DNA of 64,000 nucleotides from the human T2T-CHM13v2.0 reference genome, Homo sapiens, in the NCBI RefSeq assembly GCF_009914755.1, contig NC_060934.1. The stretch is one strand, 5' to 3'. This document shows, in pieces, positions 55,805 through 64,000 of the stretch (its first letter is position 1; every line of letters starts with the position of its first letter). The notes beneath the pieces were generated by a model. It did no database searches. It worked only from the letters and a program-made list of their open reading frames with translations, and was not told the origin of the DNA. The translations under genes and the position numbers were made by a program.

Positions 55805-58800
55805 TAGTCCTGAGGCTGTCTGATTAGGTGACAGCAATGTCCTTCCTGTTTTAATGGGATATTTCATTCCCCTCTCCTATTGCTCCAAAAAACCTTCCAA
55901 AATGTTTTCCCATCTCTATGTAAGGTAAATACAAATGCCAAGATCGTTATTATGATCTACAAATAATGTAAAATTGTGAGCTCTAATTCATATATTTTCA
56001 TCATATTTTTCTTCAAAGAGGGACTGAGATATACATTTTTAAAGTAAGATGTCCAGATTGAATTGAATGATATAAATAAGTGGAGCATTTGCACGCTAAC
56101 AATGTAGTATGCAAAATGGAATTCCTTTCCCATCACCAGATTCCCTCCAGGAAGCTAAAGGCTGCAAAGTAAAGTGGCTTCCATGGCTACAATACTCTAA
56201 CTCTGCTTCTCTCCATAGGCACACTAACAGGGTCTTTCCTAAAATGACACTTGGTGACGCGTCATACATATGCATGGCTTCATCGTGCCAAGGAACAGGA
56301 AACAACGTGAGCAGTTTTGTGAAAGGGATAATTTGATTCAAAGTTATGTTGAATACAGCAATGTTAATGAACAAAGAACAAAGAAACTGTCTTCTTGTTA
56401 AAAAATGCACTTTTAGTAGAATTATCAAAGGAATAAATAAAAGAATTCTTCATTATTCAACACCTTTAAAGTTCCCCAAAACATGCCTTTTTCAACAACG
56501 CAGAGGTGCATTTGAAGATGTTCTGTGTTTCTAGATAGGGTGAATATTTGTCTCTTTTAGGATAAACAAAAAGGTAATATAGTTTCAGTGATTTTTATGG
56601 TTCTAGTATTGAAAAAGTTAACTGTATTCTTCCACCATGCTGCACATGAAACAGGCTTTTGTAGAGTCCTCTAGAAAGTCTATAGTTTAGGTGGCTGTGG
56701 AGGCTGCACAATTCCTGTCTCAGGCCATGTGAGCTGAGCACCCTGAAAGCAATGAAAGAACTGGGAAGACATCTTTCAATGCTGAAATCTGAAACCTGTC
56801 CTTGAATATGAGAATAATGGATTCCAAATTCTACAAAACATTATGGAATCATATTGCAATATTTGGAAGCAACCTCGCAGCTGCCCTCTGGAACTGCTGA
56901 TAAACATGATGGTCATAAGCGTACACAGCATGCAAAGCAAAAGTGATTGTGAATGGAATCCACATTTAGTTGAGCCCAGGAAGAACTGGCAATATGTTCT
57001 TGACTCAGTTTTGCCAAAAGAATCAGAGGATTCTCCTGGAATGCCAGCTTCACTGGTTGGAACTCTTCTGGAATCCAGGACAGTCTGTGATTTATTCACA
57101 ACAAAGGTGAGGTCGGATATGCTCAGGAAATGCAAACTTATTTTTGCATATGCCTGCAATACATAATCAGCATGAATAAGGTTGTACAATTTGGATAGCC
57201 GACAGCATAATTTGCTTTATGTCTTTCTTTATTCCCTCTGACCTCACCCTCTACTTAGGTGGGGGCTATGGAACTAAAGAAAGATCATAGAGAAATAGAG
57301 AAATTCATTAAGGGGCCCCTTAATGTTCAAGGGTTTTCCTTCCTAGGGCCACATTCCAGGATTCCTAAAGTCAACAAGAGACACTACTTCCATGCCAGAA
57401 CACTCCAGTGAAACCCACGTTTTCATTTCTCTTTCTACAATGGAGTCAATGGGTTTGGATGTGTTCCTTTCTAGATTGCTTTTTGGCTTTCATAAATTGT
57501 ATGAGAAGTTATTTAATTGACTTTGATATGGGGGAAAGCAGTAAATATTTAAATCTGATGAGGATGCTTTTAAAGGAAAATCATCCTGGCCCCAGGATAG
57601 CTCATCTTGCTTAACATATTTAGGGCTGGGCAACAGAGTGAATGGAAATGTCAGGAAGAACATAATCCAATCCAACTAGTGACTGCACAAGCCAGGCCTT
57701 ATTAAATAAGGTGACAGCCAAGAGGGCACTGGAAGCCCATTGCCCTAACTCAGTTAGTCCTGTGTGCTTTCAAGAGTCCTAAACAAAGGGGAATTTGAAA
57801 TAACAAATTTGAACACAGTCAATATGCAAACACATAACTCATAAGAAGGCATATTGATATTAAAATTTTAAAGTGTAAAGGTGCTATAGATATCTCGGCC
57901 AAGTTATCTCTGACTTTTTCAATGATATTTACAAATCTGTCAATTGGTATGCTTTAAATATTTTTTAATCCATTCTTATGGTTACTTATTAATAACTTTT
58001 ATAAACTTTATAGTATATAAAATGAATTCAAATTTCCTTATCATGTTGAATATAAGTTCTGGTTTCCCATTTCCATCTTCAAGATAGCTGATTGACAGTA
58101 TATGACTAAGAAATAGGACTATAATTGCTAATGGTTTGCTTTTTTATATAGGAAACAATACAAATGAAGATTAGAATTTTTACTATTTTTTTAACAAAAT
58201 TAGCAAATCATGCACTTACAGACTCAAACACAAGCCTAAGTAAGTAGACAAGCATTTATTGTATCCACTGTACAATTCTTTCTCACCATTACGGAAATTA
58301 GCTTATTCCTGGATGGTTCAAAAGCTTCCTAAACACATGGAATTTAGATAATTACAAAAGGTTTTTATAATGGAGCCTCTTTTGCAAATCAATATAAAAT
58401 TGTTAGCTGACCTGGAAGGGGGCACGGACCGGAAAGCCATTTGTTTTAATGGAGTCTTAAGAAAACTGCATAAAAAAGAATATGCTGTTAACGTCTTCCT
58501 AATAAATCAAAACAAGAGACTATTTGTAATATAGTAAATGTAACTTTGAGAAAATTTAATTATATTTTTTTAAAAGAATAATCCTGAATGTTGACTTGGA
58601 AACCACAGATTTCAGAACTTGCCTCTATATTACCAATATTTCTTTTCATTGATGCTCTAACCTCTAAAAACTAATAGTAAATGATACATCAAAATGCTAA
58701 CCAACCTACAAAACTGAGTACTCCAATGTTTCTGAGAATTATTTGGGATATAAATTTAAAGCTCATATATGAATAAAATTATAATAAACTCATTCTGCAA

Positions 58801-61589
58801 GATTATGTATTAATCCAAATAAAATATATATTTGATTTTTGAAAATGTCACAACTTTAAAGAATTAAAATTTACATAAGATGAGAGAGGTTTTAATACAC
58901 AGTTTAAACATTTGGAGGCTGAAATTAACTTTGATTCCAGCATTTTTTGCTTTCTGATTTCAAATAATTATGACGTTTAAAAATAATCAAAATATCTCAA
59001 AGTAATATTTTATGTTATAATTGGTTTGTTTTTACTTTGCCGTGAATTAGTATACTAGTTACAAAAATGGAAGCTGATTGGAAAAAAATAGAAAAATGTC
59101 TTAAAAACTTTTTGAGGGGTCATTTATTTTTTTAAGAAGTAACATGTATCTAATGCTGTCTTGGATACACTAAAAAGCACTTAAGACATATGTGAATTCA
59201 CTTAATAAAATTGTTTTCCATATAAATATTATTTAAACTCCCTAAAATATTGTCTTTTTCTTTTCTTATTAAGGTATAAAATTTCTTTGCCTATTTCTAG
59301 AATTAATAAACAAGTTGCTATGAGCAACTTGGGAGAAACACAATAAGATTCTTTAAAAACTTTTTTTTCCGTTTCTTTTTTTAAGTTTTCCTGTTGGCCT
59401 GACTCATTGTGCTCTCACATCCCTTTGAAACCATATGGGGAAGTAATAAAGTGTGTCTCTTCTTCCAAAGATATGCACTGTTTATTAACTGACTAAGGGA
59501 AATACTATGAGCTCATTACTATTTGTCATACATGGTCATTCAATCACATTGAGCAACAGACAAGACCAGGAAACACCCGTGTAAAAGGACAATGGATAAT
59601 GGGCAGTTTAACAGTTTAATTTTTTATGAGAAAAAAAAGAAGTTGAATATGACCTTAGATAAAATACAAAATACAGCAATAGTAACACTGCTGGCCATTT
59701 CTATTCAACAACAAACTCTCTGTTCTCTGCAGAGACTAGGAGGCAGGTACAGGATTCTGCCTACAAATAACTTTCTTTCTTTAGCACCAAATTGTGCCCA
59801 GTGTAGCACCACTTATTGTCCAAAGAATTAAAAGCCTTCAGCAGCAGATATTATTATTGTCTTTCAAAGATCTCCTTCCTGGGAATTCCATCACATGTAA
59901 ACATATGCTTAAGGATTTAGCTCCATCTACAGGAAGCAGAAAATAAAACAAATTATTTGTAAATACAAAGTCCTCTCTGCACACATCCATTTAGATAAGA
60001 TTGTTTTTGCTTCTTCCAAATGATGCTTTTGGCTGAGAAAGTTCCAGCGGAGAAAGGAGAGCAGTTAGAGTAGGAAATGGGCATATGACTCATCCATTCC
60101 TGGGGTTTTGAATCAGAAGAAAATCTGATTCTACTTCATTAAATAAATTTCTATAAAAAGCAGCCATTTATAAAACATGACTTATGAAACATATTGCCAA
60201 GGAGGAAGCCTCTCCCAGGATTTTGCAGGGATTTATCAAACAAGAGTCCCTGAATGTTAAAGTTTCAGATAATTCTGTCTCTGGATGTGGGTTTCATTCC
60301 CCTTCTTCCCCATAAACTTCCTATCCTCTGAGAATATGTGCCACCCCCCATAACTGTGTCCACTGAGCCAGATCCCAGGACAAAGGGTGTCAAGGAGGGT
60401 TGGAGGAGATGGCTTGGGAAAACCTGCCAATATCCTTTCTCAAAACAATGGCAGAAATCTGGGTGCTGTCTTCTTTCCTGCTCCACATTAATTGACAATA
60501 AACATAGCTATTTACTTAAGAGGAAAGCGGAAACTCAGAAATGGTTTGGTCACCAAAAACCACAAATGAAATATTCCATTTTCCCCAAAGTCATATTTAT
60601 CCACTCTTAAACAACCTTCTAAAGAAGAGCGCATCGTTAGTTGGACATGTTAGTCAAGCCACGTCCTTGCCATGGAATGTTCTTCAGAGCATTGAGTGGA
60701 GATCATGTACCTCCACATTCCCGGAAGCATATGCCTCATGTTTCTTCATTGAATAATTCAAATCTAAAATTAGGGGTAAAATGCTCTATTGTACAAAGAT
60801 GCTGCCTTGTTTATATACCCAATTTCCATTTCTAAATAAATGTACAGTAGCTCTGAATGAAGAAACTGCGTTTGGGTTAATCCTTTGTACCAAGAATAAT
60901 GACTAGGCTCCAACCTCAATCCTGCATGAGTTTATACTGAAACTTCACCATGTGTATGAAACTATACTTACTCATCAAATCATTTTATTCCAGAGTAAGG
61001 AGAAGATCTGCCACAAAGAGAAACACCCAACTCTACCCCAGAGATGCTACAATTCTCAAATTCCATAAATTAGATGTTTTTCAGCCTCAAGCCTTTCAAG
61101 TCTCCTTCAGATTTCTATTACTTTTGCGTGAACGATAAACTCATAAAATGTAAGGTTCTGCTCTATTAAATAATGCATTATGGATGTCATATGATTTTGT
61201 AAAAGCTTCATAACATTTCTAAGCAAATAAATTATAGAAACTCTGGGTAAAGGTAGTAGATTAGACACATGGTCGCCTATGTCTGCTCCTTCCACAAATC
61301 CTAAGGAAATTATAGAGAAGAAGTATAAATTCACAGACAGGTGACTGAAAGGAAAGGCTGCAGTGGATGAGATACATTAACAAATATTTGGGCGGGATGG
61401 TGGAAACCGACTTAGCGGAACAAAGGAAGCTGAATCCTAAGAGAATTTTTCACTGAAGAATGGGGAAAGATAAAAAACGAGAGGTTCTGAGTTTTGCAAA
61501 TGCAGTGATCAGATGGGGTTCAAAACCAGGAGGGCCAATTGACAGGTGGAATAAATAGTGATCGGGCATCCAGGATTCCTTCTCTGAGT

Positions 61590-61860
61590 TTTTAAATGTT
61601 TTCTAATTGATGTATAATAGATGTACACACTTTCAGGATACATGTGATAATTTATTGCATTCACGTAATCAATAAAGATAAAAGCAGCGCAATTAAGATG
61701 CCTATCACCTTGAATATTTGTCTTTTCTTTATGCTAGAAATATTTAAATTATTCTTTTCTAGATATTTTGAAATATACAATAATTATTGTAGACTATAAT
61801 CAGCCTACTAATCTATCAGTCTTATTTATTTTATCAAACTGTATATTTGTAGCCATTAAT
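61590..61860 (-). mobile_element. L1MA-like 3' end
   Basis: aattgatgtataatagatgtacac..tctagatattttgaaatatacaata. Confidence 0.8.
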
Positions 61861-61999
61861 CTGAGACTAGTAACCATACCTCCCCAACACAGAAAGAAAT
61901 TGATTCAGAGAGATTATACACTGGGACATGTGAGGCACAGTGGTGGGTGATGCTTAGGCATTAAAACCAGGAGAATTAGGTTAAACTTTATAAACTTCA

Positions 62000-63829
62000 C
62001 TGCAGAAAATGGAAGCAGAAGGAATACTTCCCAGTACCTTTTATGAGGCCAGAATTACTTTAACACCAAAGCCAGATTAAAATCATTACAGAAGAATAAA
62101 CTAGACTCCAACATGTCTTATAATTATAGCTCAACAGAATATTAGTGAGTCAAAGCCAACAATGTATTTTTTGAAATACACTACAACCAAGTGGGATCAT
62201 TTCATACCTGAAGTAAAGTATACAAAAGAATGATTCAACATTCAAATATCAATCAATGTCATCCATCATGACAACAAGCTAAGAAGAAAAATCATATGCT
62301 CATATCAATAGATGCAGAAAAAACATTTGACGAACCTCACAACCATTCAAAATAAAAATTCTCAGCAAACTAGGAATAGAGGGGAACCTTTTCAACTTGA
62401 TAAGAAGATATCTACCAAAAACCTACAGCTAATATCATACCTAATGGTGAGAAACTTAATGATTTTCCCTTAAGATTAGAAATGGCAAGGATGTCCTCCC
62501 ATACGATTTCACTTGACATCATGCCCAAAATGCTAACTAGCACAAAAAGACAAAAAAGTGTAATTGAAAATATACAAATGGGAAAGGAAGACATAAAACT
62601 GTCACATGAATGACTCTGTAGATTTAAAAAATATATATATATAAGTAACAAATGAGTATATCACGGTCACAGGGAACAATATTAACATATATAATTATTT
62701 TGTATACTAGGAGTAAACAATTGGAATGTAAAATGTAAAAAAGGAATACAATTTACTATTGCACCAAAAGAATGAACTCTTTTGTTAGAACAAATCTAAC
62801 AAAATATTTAAGTATCTACATGTGGAAAACTACAAAATTGATGAAAGAAATCAAATGACATTTAAATAAATGAAGAAATATTTCATGTTCAAAATCCCAG
62901 CAAGTTATTTGTTAGATATCACCAGCCTGATTCAAAAGTATGAAGAAATGCAAAAAATCTAGAATTGTCCTCTAATGAAGAAGAATGAAGTTAGAAGATT
63001 CAAATCATCCAATTTCAAGATTCGCTATAAAGTTTATTGTAATCAAGACAGCGTGGTTTCAAAAACAGAATAAACACATTCATCAATGAACAGAATATGA
63101 AGCCAAGCAATAGATCCAAACACATTCACTTAATTCTTTATGTTGGCCTAAAGGTAATTCAATGAAGACACAGGCTTTTTAAACAAATTATGTTGGAACG
63201 GTTGCACACCTATTTCCAAAAAAAAAAAACCTAGACACAGACTGTACAATTTTCACAAAAATTAACTCAAAATGGGATATAAAAGCATAAGAATGACATA
63301 ATGGACTTTGAGGACTCAGGGGAAAAGGATGAGAAGGAAGTGAGGGATAAAAAACTGCAAATTGGGTGAAGTGTATACTGCTTGGGTGATGGGTGCACCA
63401 AAATCTCACAAATAACCACTAAAAAACTGATGTAATCAAATACCACCTGTTCTCCAATAACCTATGGAAATAAAAAATTAAAATACCAATTAACTCAAAA
63501 TGATGCATAAACATAAATGTAAAATACAAAGGTGCAAAACTTCTGAAAGAAAATGCAGAAAATCTACCTGACCTTCTGTTTGATAAAAGTTTCTAAATAC
63601 AGCTCCAAAAGCATGATCCATTCACACTCAAAAAAAGATTCATAGGTCAGGCATTATTAAAATTAAAAATGTCTGCTCTGCAAATGGCATTTAACAGAAT
63701 AAAAATGGAAGCCCAAGAAAATGAGTAACTATTTGCAAAACACATATGTGATAAAAACACTTGACTCTAATATATACGACACTCTTAAAATTCAACAATA
63801 AGAAAACTAATGCCTCAATTAAGAAATGG
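62000..63829 (+). mobile_element. L1M ORF2 (RT region) remnant
   Basis: tcaatagatgcagaaaaaacatttgac encodes an SIDAEK(A/T)FD motif; many stops and deletions. Confidence 0.85.
63275..63487 (+). mobile_element. L1PB1-like short 3' insertion
   Basis: 15-bp TSD aattaactcaaaatg (63260-63274, 63488-63502). Confidence 0.9.
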
Positions 63830-63948
63830 GGCTGGGCATGGTGGCTCATGCCTGTAATCCCAGCATTTGGGGAAGTCGAGGCGGATGGATTGCCTGAGGT
63901 CAGGAGTTTGAGACCAGTCTGGCCAACATGGTGAAACCCCGTCTCTAC

Positions 63949-63983
<35 letters not shown>

Positions 63984-64000
63984 AGCCAGGCATGGTGGCA
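63830..64000 (+). mobile_element. AluS cut by the window end, (TAAA)n-expanded linker
   Basis: Left arm and linker seen directly. Confidence 0.93.

Overview
Primate (human-like) non-coding DNA, AT-rich and CpG-depleted. I find no credible protein-coding gene, RNA gene or CpG island. About half the window is recognisable interspersed repeat: Alu J/S/Y, L1PA/PB/MA/MB/MC/ME, L2, L3, MIR, ERV1, ERVL and MaLR LTRs, and hAT, Tigger and piggyBac DNA elements. Family names come from recalled consensus sequences, not a RepeatMasker run. The supplied ORFs are repeat-derived or chance, except two frameshifted pieces of a decayed retroviral env TM subunit near 49.8-50.2 kb. Three things stand out. (1) An ancient env-bearing ERV with an ERVL-class LTR contains nested MER58A and MER85 insertions, and a ~407-bp inversion has split the MER85 into oppositely oriented halves. 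(2) Four 74-240 bp local duplications have partners 1.3-2.3 kb apart. In the three whose direction can be read, the left copy is the derived insertion, and two of the four events share a breakpoint. (3) A twin-primed L1PA has a patchwork 5' junction. These are rearrangement and repair signatures rather than a new coding system.
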